Assembly (NCBI GenBank): GCA_910592345.1
Contig: CAJVPI010000195.1
Coordinates: 1 to 43,679, forward strand
Source: Paraglomus brasilianum
Lineage: Eukaryota
DNA length: 43,679 nt
Reading direction: 5' to 3'
Below are positions 10,919 through 22,272 of this stretch, piece after piece. A program made the translations under genes and the position numbers. The notes under the pieces were generated by a model. That model had not been told where the DNA came from, did not search any database, and worked only from the letters and a program-made list of their open reading frames with translations. Position 1 is the stretch's first letter. Every line of letters starts with the position of its first letter.

Positions 10919-12457
10919 TTATGTCATCTCAATAAACTCTTTCATCCTTGCAATCTTTTCAACCACATTTTCCTTTTCATCCCGTTCAATTATAATGTTA
11001 CAAAATGTTTCTGCAAAATCTTCTATCGTGTCATAATAACCAGGTTGGAATGCTGTATCGTTGTGTTCTCCGCGCAGAAACGGTCTCCACCGTTTGCGGG
11101 TCTGCGCTAGCTCGTATAAAGTCTTCATATGTTGAGGCGGGACAAGGCCGTCTCGTGAACCGGATAGAAACAAGATTGGGACATATTTAATTTTCGTTAT
11201 TGCCGTTTCGGATGACCAGACTTGATGACAAAGACAAGAAAAGTAGCGGAGATGCGGAAAAACTACTGGTATCATTTTTGGCTGTTTTAAACAGATTAGA
11301 ATTGGAATTAGTCCATTCAAGGTCTTATTGTAGCAATAATAGCCATCGATCTTTGGTTCTTACTTACAATACTCAGGAATGTGTTCTCTATGATCAGTGC
11401 GTGGACCTACGAAAAGAATTATGTAAACAACCAACTCGCCGGCTATCATCAAGCTCATTTAGAAAAAAACAAACGAATAATGATTTTTTTTTTTTTCAAA
11501 CATGCCTTATCTTCATTACGAGAGACTAGATCAATTGCGACAGCTCCGCCAATAGACTGACCAAACGCTATAATTCTAGTATCTTTAAGAATATCGTCGT
11601 TTTTCACATAGTCTAGCATCGTCTTGAAAAATTAAATGTGATTAATGCCTTTATTCCAACAGCGATAGCCTATAACTATCATGTACGTTGTGTACTCACC
11701 TGAGCATCTATACGCATTCCTTCTTCATTCGGACTGCCTTCACTTAGACCATAGCTGCAAAGAACCAGGCAAAACTCAGCAAGGATTCACACTCTCCTCG
11801 TATGTTCTCATGATAGCCTTACTCTTCCTTATGGTTATCTCTTACCCTCTATAGGAAAGCATCGCTACGTTCCACTTGAACCTCTTGTAAAACACTTGCG
11901 CTATTGGTAAACGATGTCCCTTATAAACAAACCGTTAGAATCGAAAGTATACGAAACCGAATACTTTGGTACAGCGCATGCACTCACCATGTTTCCTGCA
12001 TTGGCCTTGAATTGGGGTTAGAGAAAAGTAATTAGATTTCACGCAACTGACTGTCAATACAAAAACTAGTTGATAAACACTAACGTGGTAGAAAAGAAGG
12101 GTTGGTGAATTCCTGGCCACTTCATCAGGCACTTGCTTGCATATATACGCTTTTAAACGAACGTTATCAACTGTCTTTAGTGTTATGTCATCGTATTCCA
12201 TTCCATATTTTGAAGGCTTTTCGACCTGTACCATCAAAGAAACGTCAGGAATGGGCAATCGCTAGCAATATCACTTAACGTTCGATAGAAATGAAGTAAA
12301 TACTTGCGTTAGTCCTCGATCCTGTTGGGAAATTAGCGGGATAAATCAAAATACACTGGCAAAAGTATAGCAGTACAGCACCGCTACAAAGAGCTAATCC
12401 ACAGGTATTGGCTAAAAATTGTATAAACCATGGTATACTGTCAGGATACGGAAACAT
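10919..12457 (-). CDS. bem46: BEM46/ABHD13-family alpha/beta hydrolase
   Basis: N-terminal TM then LLYFCQCILIYP; TLLFYH/ANAGNM, GHRLPIA, SYRG/YGLSEGSPNEEGMRIDAQ; nucleophile motif AFGQSIGGAVAI; ILFLSGSRDGLVPPQHM; GEHNDT. Multiple GT-AG introns. Confidence 0.9.
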
Positions 12458-13642
12458 CTTGAGAATAAAGAGAGAGAATGGCGAGTCATCTAGCTTTTGT
12501 TTGTTATTGGCAGGATCTCCGTTGTGTTACAATTATTTAGAACTTTAATCATAATATTAAATATACTCAAACTATAAAATAAATTGACTGTTAATTCATT
12601 AATAAGATTTACTTAATATCTATTTTACCATAAACGTTAGGTAAATAAAAAATAACCATAATAATAAATGTCGAGGTAGTTTGCTACTAGCACTATAAGT
12701 ATAAGAAGTTGCTAATAACTTTTCTAAATTGCGATGTTAATTATTAATTGTGGCTAGAATATGTCCGTGATGCTTGGTGGGTTGACAATCCAAGTCTTTG
12801 TTCTTCGGTAGGTTGTAAAATTTGCTAAATAATTCTCTTATCAATGGAGCGCTTGTACTTGGCTAAATCAGTTCTCCAACTAATCAATATAGTCTAGTCT
12901 CGGTTAATTATTACTCATCAACAATATTAATATTCCAAGATTGTTTCAACTGAAACTGCTTTTAATTAGGGAGATTTTTTTCAAGTTCTCATAATAGTTG
13001 ACAGTATCTAGATTGCATTTATTTGTTGTTTCAACTCACCATATCTTCTTTAAACTCTGCATTTTCAATCTACTCGTCCAATTCATGTATTTGCTTGGGC
13101 CATATGAATTGAAGTTGTGAGACATGTTATTTCTGTAGCCAATACAAGATAAGCACTAGTACTAGCTCTTGATATGCGATGATAAAAAAATGTTGGGCTA
13201 AAATTAAAATAATAAAATATTAAGCATGTTAATTCTAGCTAAGAACATATTGTAATCAAATATTTATTGTAATAACATTGCTTTATAGAAGCTTTGTTCT
13301 ATTAAGAGCAAGACTTGCGAGAGACACATATTGTATAATATTACAACGTATTGGATAGATAGAATTATCAAAAGTAAAGGTTTATTTAATATCTTCATTT
13401 ATTATTATATCAGCATTTGATTTAAATTGATATCTGATAATAATATTAAACAAAAAGTTCAAAATAAAATTGGTTTTCTAAAAAAGATCTGGAGATTTTG
13501 CCGACGTAACCCTTTTACATTGTGCTGCGACGTTACTCATGATGAAGCAGGTACTAAGACTCGTGTAGAGGTCAGATACAGAGGGTACTCAAAAGTTTAC
13601 GGACTTTTATTAAATAAATTGCTCAGTCTTTTATTATAATAA

Positions 13643-14453
13643 CAGTGCTTTTCACAATAATGAAAATTGTTTCTACACTACTGATTTAGGATATTTGTTA
13701 TGTCAACTGTTGCCTAAATTGTCATGTTGTAAATATAAATAAATAAATAAACAAAAAACAATCTGTTTGCGTCTACCTTTTTTTTTTAAAAGAAATCATG
13801 GGTAAAAAAACTGACTTCCAGTCTTTATGGTCATAGATTGGACATTCCAGCAGACAAATTGCTAAAATCGTGGGATGTGGCCATTCAGCAGTTTTGGCTT
13901 GTATAAACCGATACAATATTACTGGATCAACTGAAGCAAAGCCACGTTTTGGACGACCATGTCTCTTACAATCTTCAGATTGTAAAAAGCTTAAACGATT
14001 AGTGACTAATAAAAAAAAACGTCGGAAATGTGCTAGGGATATTCAGAATCTTTGGAAAAAGAAGAAATCTCTGTCTCAACCATTCGGCGTGCACTTGACT
14101 CGGTAGGACTTAAAAATTGTGCTGCTCGTCGTAAACCATTTATTGCCATTGAATTTCGAGAAGAAAAATATCTCCGAACGCTCTCTTGGCCAGCCCAAAG
14201 TCCTTACCTTAACCCAATAGAAAATCTGTGGGATGAGATTAAGCAAAGCCTTAAAGGTGAAAAAAGAAACCTAAAAATCTTAATGAGCTTGAACGACTGG
14301 GGAGAAAAAATTGGAGTCGATTTCTCAAGATAAAATTAAAAGACTTATCGAAAGCATGCCACGACGAGTTCAAGCAGTAATAGATGCAAATGGCAAAATA
14401 TTAGACCGCTAACAAAAGATTTAATTCAATAGTGTAGAAACAGTTTTTATTAT
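13643..14453 (+). mobile_element. Internally deleted, frameshifted Tc1-family DNA transposon
   Basis: CAGTG start; 32-bp inverted repeats at 13657-13688 and 14422-14453 (28/32 match). Remnants: RQIAKIVGCGHSAV..GRP (paired HTH), ISVSTIRRAL..ARRKPFI, WPAQSPYLNPIENLW, LIESMPRRVQAVIDANG. Most of the DDE core is missing. Confidence 0.88.
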
Positions 14454-15157
14454 ACGTTAGAATTTGATATGAAAATAATTGACCTATCCGAGGCCGGTTT
14501 TTTATGTAAATAACGTGATATTTGTATTGTCACGTATCGGCACTATTGGAGCGAGAAACATGAATTGTTACTTGTAAATAATTTTACCTACCGCTACCTA
14601 CCGCTGCGCCAACAATTCCGAATACTGTCACGTGTCATTGTTTCATGTCGATGACAATGTTATGAGTGTCAATTATTCATTGGATATTGTTCATAACACA
14701 ATCCATTATATTTACTGCCGCAGCATAAGTGGTTTTCCATGGTTGTATGAAAGAAGATGAACAATAACAAATCAATTTCATATGTTCGGAGAAAATAGCC
14801 CGTTCGGATCCTACTAAAACAAGCGGACATGACATGCAATAACGCTGGAAGGTTCTCTCTACTGCGCTAAATCTTGCCAATAGCAGTGAATACCCTAATT
14901 AATTAATTATTATTATTATGTAACGTTGCGTAGGACGTTGAAAATAACGAACAGTCTCAAAATTACTTTATCAATCGACATAAACACATGTACTGACGCG
15001 GAGAAAAAAAAAGGTTAGTCATCTGACCCAATCTAGTGTTATTTATCTCTTGAATATAAGCAGGTGAAATTCCGCGTACTGAAAGGGTAGAGCGTCCCGA
15101 AAGAATTGTAGAAAAGTTCCCCTCCCCTGCTCTCTTTTTATTAATGGTAAAAGCATA

Positions 15158-16211
15158 ATGTATGGCAGTTTCAGGGGAAAACATACGTATGATTTAGAAG
15201 AGGAATTTAATAAAGCATATGAGGCCGCACATCTAAAGTGCTCGAAAGAGGAGTTAGTAGCCTATGACGAGACTCTCAACAAAAAAGGACAACACAAAAG
15301 GCCATCGAATTCCTACATCATCTTCGCGAAAGAATATAACAAACAAATGAAAATTGATGGCCAATTCGATACCCGCAAGGGTGGAGCCAGAAGCGGAAAT
15401 AAGCAAGCCGGAATCGAATGGAACAAATTGAACAAGAAAAGCAGACGGGTGTTCAAATTGGCGTCTAAAGTGATGAAAAGTCGTTTCTACGACGCCCACC
15501 CAGGTTATAAGTACGAGCCAAGAGCACCTAATACTAATCGACGTGGACGGACCAAATTTCGTGCTTGGACGAACAAGCAAGGTAAGAATTAATCCTCCAA
15601 CACACACCATTCTATACTGACTATGTTTATAAAGCATTAAAACAACATCTCTTTTAGAATGTGTCCAAGTTCCGTCGTCAGAAAGTTTGGCTGAGGCGGT
15701 ATCACCAAGTAGAAAGGAACGGACGGAGGACTCGACTAGTAATCTTGCCCTTGATATGACATCGAATGCTACTCTCTCGGATTCTATGAGTGATAATTTC
15801 TCAGATGACAATTTCTCGGACGATAATTCAGTCAATATCAATAATTCCTCGGATGTAGTTTCAGCTTACGATAACAGCTTCTCGGACGATAATTCAGTCA
15901 ATATCAATAATTCCTCGGATGTAGTTTCAGCTTACGATAACAACTTCTCGGACAATAATTCAGTCAATATCAATAATTCCTCGGATGTAGTTTCAGCTTA
16001 CGATAACAGCTTCTCGGATGTAGTTTCAGCTTACGATAACAACTTCTCGGATGTTATCTGCGACAACGATTATACCTTGGTTCCATACAGTAGTTTCCCG
16101 TTTGGGGTACCCGTCTTTACCACCATACCATTGTATCCAGACATCAATCGTGAAAATGAATATGTATGGTATTCTTTATTACTCGCTACATCAGGTATTT
16201 CCAAGTACTGA
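15158..16211 (+). CDS. MATA-type HMG-box transcription factor 1 (intron 15582-15657, about 325 aa)
   Basis: KRPSNSYIIFAKEY...EWNKL...FKLASKVMKSRFYDAHPGYKYEPR. A phase-1 GTAAGA..TTTTAG intron joins in frame to the 15687-16211 ORF. Confidence 0.85.
15813..16053 (+). repeat. Coding tandem repeat, 66-bp unit (FSDDNSVNINNSSDVVSAYDNS) x3 plus a partial unit
   Basis: Near-identical units at 15813, 15879 and 15945 in exon 2 of HMG gene 1. Confidence 0.95.
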
Positions 16212-16440
16212 CCTGACAGCAGCGAGTGTATTTGATATCTGAAACTTGTTCAGATTATTTACAATTTTTGTACAACACAAACTTGAAAGAAAGGGTCAAC
16301 TCTCGAATGTTATTTTGGGAGTTGCTGGAGGATAATATTAATATGATCCTCCTAAAACTGATTTATTTTATTCGGTAGGGTTATACTTTGTTGGGGTATG
16401 TTTTTCAATATTATTTTTATATTTTATTTGTTATTATTTG

Positions 16441-16455
16441 TTATTGTTGTTGTTG

Positions 16456-16487
<32 letters not shown>
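16441..16487. repeat. Compound (TTG)n(TTA)n microsatellite
   Basis: Directly visible. Confidence 0.9.
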
Positions 16488-17179
16488 CGTTTATACTTGA
16501 GCGAAAGAGGAAATGGGTGTGGTGGTTATTTGATAAGTAGCTGCTGTGCCAGGAAAGCAATCAATCGTATCTTTCCGGATAATCTTTCACTGTTGGGGTG
16601 TTACAAGCGCAAGGGGCATAAGGTTGGGGTTTGGGCGTTATCATTGTATGCAACAATTTAAAATGCAGAATTTGTACATTGTTACATGGTATTCGCATGT
16701 GATATCAGTGATATCAGTTTTTGATCATTTGACCACTTTGAATAAAGGGTAAAAATCTTTTTCTGCATGTTGCCGCAGACTGCGCTCTATGAAAAGGTCT
16801 TTCATTGGCACACTGTATTCGCTTCTTTTGGGAAGTTTATTATCTCTGTACGTCATATGATATTTTTTGCCACCATACTCATTGTTTAGTATACCATAAT
16901 AGGTCAAAGTTTCGGGAGATGTTCCGAATGTACCATTCAGCAGATTTTTCTAAAAGTAGCCAACACAGTTACTATATTGATATCGATTGTAACATTCAAC
17001 CGATCTTTCCAAAAGTAGCCAACACAGTTACTATATTGATATCGATTACATTGATATCAATTTTGTTTATAAGCGCCCGAGGACGGTGCAATCACCTTCA
17101 CCTCCCAAAACCAAAGCATCAATTAATATGCTCGACCTTTTCGTCGTCCACTTACAACAAACTGTGCAGCGCTGGTCGC

Positions 17180-17869
17180 TGCCACTTGCCAGTAACGCAA
17201 ACACTGGGAGCACTGCCAACTCGCCAGCAACGCAACGCAAACCGTTACCACGCAAATGCTGCCACACAACAACGCGCTGCTGCCACTCCCAACGACTTAC
17301 TGCTGCCGCATAGCGGAGCAGCTTATAAACGGCACTTTTCGCTGCCATAGAAGCAGCTACTGGTCGGCAGCTTTACGCTGCCACATACAACAACGGCTGC
17401 TGCCACATGCAGCATACGGCACGGCAGCTGCCATATACGACAACGCAATTGCTGCCACACACAACAACGCAAACCGCGCGGCTGCCACACACAACAACGC
17501 AAACCGCGCGGCTGCCACACACAACAGCGCAAACCGCGCGCGGCTGCCCACACAGCAAATCAACGATGCCCTCTTTGGCCCACCAAACAACACTACGCTG
17601 CAGTCGCTGCCACACACGACACGGCTGCAGTCGCTGCCACACACGACACGGCTGCAGTCGCTACCACACACGACAACGCGCTGCAGCCGCTGCCACACAC
17701 GACACGGCTGCAGCTGCCACATACAGCGACACTACTGCTGCCACATACAACGGACACTACTGCTGCCACATACAACGGACACTACTGCTGCCACATACAA
17801 CGGACACTACTGCTGCCACATACAACGACACTACTGCTGCCACATACAACGACACTACTGCTGCCACAT
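17180..17869. repeat. GC-rich complex minisatellite with GCTGCCAC core (24-30-bp units)
   Basis: More than 20 copies of GCTGCCAC-like cores. Sub-arrays of 30 bp (gctgccacacacaacaacgcaaaccgcgcg), 27 bp (cagtcgctgccacacacgacacggctg) and 24-25 bp (ctgccacatacaacggacactactg). Confidence 0.93.
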
Positions 17870-18074
17870 TCAGGAACTTGTTTCTTTTTCTTTTTCTCAT
17901 GTATTGTATTGTTTTTTCATACTCTCCGCTTCTCCTCTTGGTCAAATTAGTATACTAGAGATATTTAGACAGAATCCAATCAATGTAATTGTTCCATGAT
18001 AATTATTTTTTAATAAAAGAAAGTCTTTAAATATACGATTGTCTGAAACGATGTTTGAATTGCATCCATGCCAC

Positions 18075-18750
18075 GTATTGACGCAACAATTGAACCAACG
18101 ATTAATTATCTACTCATCGATGAAAAAGCTTCGTCTCCTGCAAGTCTTGTCGATGCTCTATAATAGTGAGTTCATTCATTACATGTATTGACGCAACAAC
18201 GTCAACGAGCCAACGATTAATTATCTGTCAGTTCGTCTCATCCGATGAAAAACGCAAGTCTTGTCGATGCCCTATGATGGTGAGTGTTCGTTCATTACAT
18301 GTATTGACGCAACAATGAACCAACCTGTCAGTTCGTTTCATCTGATATAAAGTTTCGATACGATGGAAAGTTCTGTCTTCTGCATTCATTGCATATATTA
18401 ACGTAACGAAGTAAGTATTACGAAAGATTCTTCATTTCTTGTATTATTATTTCCTGTCGATGTACACCAAGTACGGATAAGGATTTCGTCTATGATAAGC
18501 ATCCGTATTGATGTCTCTGAAGTCTTGTATTATTAATGCATTCATTATCTGTATTGACGTAATAATAATAACATCTATCTTGTGTTATTATTGCCTGTCA
18601 GCTGACATGGTGATATAAGTATTCTGTTGCTATACAGTACGTCATTGCAAGTCTTGTGTTATTATGGTCTATAATAATGTTTCTCTTCTGTTGCTATACA
18701 GTACGTCATTTGCAAGTCTTGTGTTATTATGGTCTGTAATAATGTCTCTC
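18075..18750. repeat. Degenerate tandem repeats (about 110-bp units starting GTATTGACGCAACAA, then a duplication of about 65 bp)
   Basis: Units at 18075, 18185 and 18301 with decayed followers. TTCTGTTGCTATACAGTACGTCATT(T)GCAAGTCTTGTGTTATTATGGTCT occurs at about 18622 and 18686. Confidence 0.85.
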
Positions 18751-19554
18751 TTCTTCCCTCCCCCTTATCCGCAACCGTGATATTTGCAACACGAAAATTT
18801 TTAAGGTTGTCCTGCAAAAGGCACTTGAAAATATGCATATTCACAATTTGTTCACATCTCACACAATTCAAATTCTTATCACTTGCGGTGATATCAATAT
18901 CTGCAAGTGAATCTGTACTAGTGAAAAAAAAAAAAATTGAAAAAAAAAAGAGTCGTATATTTTGACACGTTCTTGTGAAACTTTTATATTTTAGTGTCTG
19001 TCGTACGGGAAAAAAAGAATATTTCAAAGTCATTCATTTCCAGTTGAAACATACTGTGCATAGAATGGGTATGTTCTGAATGTTCCATTAATCGAATCGC
19101 AATTTACGCTCAGGGGTACGTAATTTGTGACCCAGCTGCGGAGTCGCAGTTTTCGACTATCAAAATAAATAGAATGGTCACGCGCATATTAATATCCAAA
19201 TCCAATGGACAGTCGAAGAATTACCAAAAGCAATGAACAGTTCAAATATTCCCCTACTAAGAACAGAGTCGTACAAATCAACAGCCCCTATCAAGACAGC
19301 AAACACTCGAGGCTGAGTACAGAAACTCTTATAAAAAGCATCAGTCAGGACCATAAATCTGTTTCTCTGTCCGTCAGCAAGCAACAGGCGAACCCCCTCC
19401 TCCACTTTGCATAAGACTAACACTTGATAAGATAAAAATAAACCTTTCGCTCCACCGCAATCCGCTGCTCTCCGATATTGTGTTGAAACACGAACCTAAA
19501 CACTGCTCCGACCACCGTACCGTGTCTTGTATATAAACTGTCTCCGGTCTTTCT

Positions 19555-20661
19555 ATGAAGGTTATATTCCTGGACGACTTAGAAAGGCAGTTTGAGACTG
19601 TTATCGCAACAGCAGACTTGCTATGCACGAAAGAAGAATTGCTGGCATACGACGAAACCCCAAATCGTAAAGGCTATCCTAAGAGAGTTTGTAATGCTTC
19701 TGTAATATACTGCCGCGAATATAAAAAACGCCTGAGACTGCGTGGCACCTTCTTCACTGCTCCAGGAGGAGCCCGTTCCATAATTCGGAGAGCAGCGCGC
19801 GCGTGGAAGGACCTGGATCCTACCCTGAAGAATGTCTTCGAACTTGCCGCACAACTAATGAAAGAAAGGTTCCAACGCGACCACCCGACGTACAAGTATC
19901 GACCGACTAAAAGAAGTAGACGACAGCAACACAACATGAACAGAGGTAAAATCCATCTTTATAATTTTTGGGTATATTTACTACTGAACGAATAATAACG
20001 CACTCAGCTAAACATCCCAGCCGAAGAACTAGCTAACACTACGCTAAACGGAGAACCAGCTACCACCACGGAAAACTTCCCAGGCGAAGAACCAAACTTC
20101 GCAGGAGAAGAACCAGCTATGCCGGGGCGCGGGCCGGCAGGGTTACCGTCACCCAGCACGCCCCCGCAGCCGCTACCACACACGACAATTCTAGAACAGA
20201 GTGCGACTAGCCAGTCGCTGCCACACACGACAACGCAAAATTTTAATAACTCTTCTTTCAGCATGAACTCCCCTCAATATTATTATCCGTCACCCCAAGA
20301 AAACGAGGAGCAGATTGAGTCAGATGCATCAAGCATCTTGTCTTCCCCCCCGGACGAATATATTCCATCTCTTCCGACGCCGCTGATGACACCTGGTTGG
20401 ACTTCGTATAGTGATCCAGGTACACCCGGCGCGATACTTGGTGAACAGGTATACCCAAACCTGTCGGATATTGAAGTACAGGAAGAAATCCCAATCGAAG
20501 AAATCGAAGAAATCAAAGAACAGACAGAAATCGATTCAACAATAGAAATCGAAGAACAGACAGAAATCGAACCAGAATTTACTACTGAAGGAGAATTTGA
20601 CCGCTTATTTGGAACGGGTCATTACGACTATTTGGAAACAATGGACGAATTCTTGTTCTGA
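19555..20661 (+). CDS. MATA-type HMG-box transcription factor 2 (probable intron 19946-20020)
   Basis: PKRVCNASVIYCREY...AARAWKDLDPTLKNVFELAAQLMKERFQRDHPTYKYRP. A phase-1 intron to the CCCAG acceptor joins the 20119-20661 frame, giving a Pro/Ser-rich then acidic tail ending DYLETMDEFLF. Confidence 0.85.
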
Positions 20662-20990
20662 AGAGTATGAAGATAGTATTTTCTTTTTATTGATTGAGAA
20701 ACGGGGTTGGCCTCCTTATTCCCATAATCAAACCGTAGTAGAATTAGTAAGACTGTTGGACAGTCATTTTAGTTACAATCTTCTGGTATTTTGTTTCTGA
20801 GAATGAAGCAAAGCAGATTTGATTGATATATATTAATATTACAATAAATATACAATAAATATGCTATAGGCCTTGTTAAGAAATCTGCGTTCCAATAATA
20901 TTATTATATATGTTACACGAGACTAAATTTTTATGTAAATTTCGCCTGGCTTTTTCTGACTGCTATTTTGCTTTTCGTCGTTTACAAAAC

Positions 20991-21806
20991 ATGAACGCAC
21001 CAGATCGTTTCGAGCTGTTTATCATCCCAGATGGTGTAAAAAAGTACGTAGAGCGAACTTGAACCGTAAATTGCCACAACAAGAGTCTAGATCCTGTGCA
21101 TTCTTTTCTCTATACGCTGCGATGCTTCTCATGGTTTCTCTGTGACATGTAGGATCACATATACATACGACCCAAAGATAGACAATGCTGCTACTTTTGT
21201 GATCCAGAAAGAAGACCATAGTCTCGGTAATCTCATTAGATAGTAGGTTAATTCGGTCCTCCTTGATTCTTAACGAAAACATCGTTATCTTGTCGTCCCG
21301 CCTAACCCGCAACATTTCCTTCAATAGCTCTTTATTAAAGGAACCACAAGTCATATTCGCTGGTTATAAAATGCCTCATCCGCTCGAGCATGTCGTCGTA
21401 TTAAAAGTCATGACAACAAAGGACACGAAACCAGAGGCTATGGTCGCAAAGGCAATTAATGACTCGATAGCCGAGGTGTCTCATTTGCGGGCCAAGTTTG
21501 TTGTGAGTGGGAGCCCATCGCATTTATGTAGACGAATCTTGATCACCTTATGTACGGACTCTTTGATCCACACTCAAATTTGCAAGTTTATTTCTTTTTT
21601 CATAGGAAGAGTTGGGTCGTGTAAGGACACAAATGGCAGCAGCGCCAGACAAGGCGGGCGAGAAGGATCAAGATCACGAAATTCTTCATTCAACACCACA
21701 GCAAGCTCAACCGGTTCAGCTACGGCATCAAGAACCAATTGTCACACCAGAATCATCTCAGCCTGGTGTATATCTTCCTAATCCTAATGTAGATATGGAC
21801 TTTTAA
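20991..21806 (+). CDS. RPB11: RNA polymerase II subunit RPB11 (4 exons)
   Basis: MNAPDRFELFI...KEDHSLGNLIR...VIFAGYKMPHPLEH, the hallmark RPB11 motifs. GT-AG introns. Confidence 0.96.
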
Positions 21807-22272
21807 GGTAAACTTCTTTGTCTTGATAATGGATGTGTCCGGTATATCGAGTGTTGGTTGGCTAATTTGAACTATCCAGACATAAAGTGGTTTGGATCGA
21901 GAGTTTAATATAGAGTTGCGCAATTTGTGTTTTTTACAAAACGTTGTCCCTGAACCATTGCAATAATGACATTAATGTTTCGTGTCAAAACTCAAGAAAG
22001 AGAAAACAGTATTTAACGGAACAATAAACATCTTTTCTTCGACATTCCACCTTTTTGATGGATTAAAATATTAACTTTATTAGTATTTGTCTTTCCATTA
22101 ATTCTTCTTAAATAGGGTAAAATCATGCGTGACGCAACAACTATAGCTTCTACTACTACTACTACTACCCTTACGAGATAAATAATTAGATGTCGAATCA
22201 TAAAGAATGGATAGCCTTGTATTATTCATGTGAGATAAGAAAACCATTACATCTATAGCCCAAATGTTCGCA

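Noticed and set aside
16398..16661. Hydrophobic ORF with poly-Val/Ile
   Set aside because: Translation of the TTG/TTA microsatellite.
16725..16907. 60-aa minus-strand ORF between the HMG genes
   Set aside because: Short, no motif, no supporting splice structure.
17296..17330. CTGCCGCATAG-cgga-GCAGCTTATAAA resembles a type I-F CRISPR repeat, within an array of CTGCC-containing units
   Set aside because: Single imperfect match with an insertion, units lack constant length and unique 32-nt spacers, no cas genes, eukaryotic context. It is a minisatellite.
17067..17999. Many overlapping ORFs on both strands
   Set aside because: Artefact of a stop-poor GC-rich repeat. None is called as a gene, apart from the noted similarity to the HMG2 tail.
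15158..20661. Calling the HMG genes sexM/sexP
   Set aside because: The flanking triose-phosphate transporter and RNA helicase genes are absent, and both copies are co-oriented paralogs. No symbol assigned.
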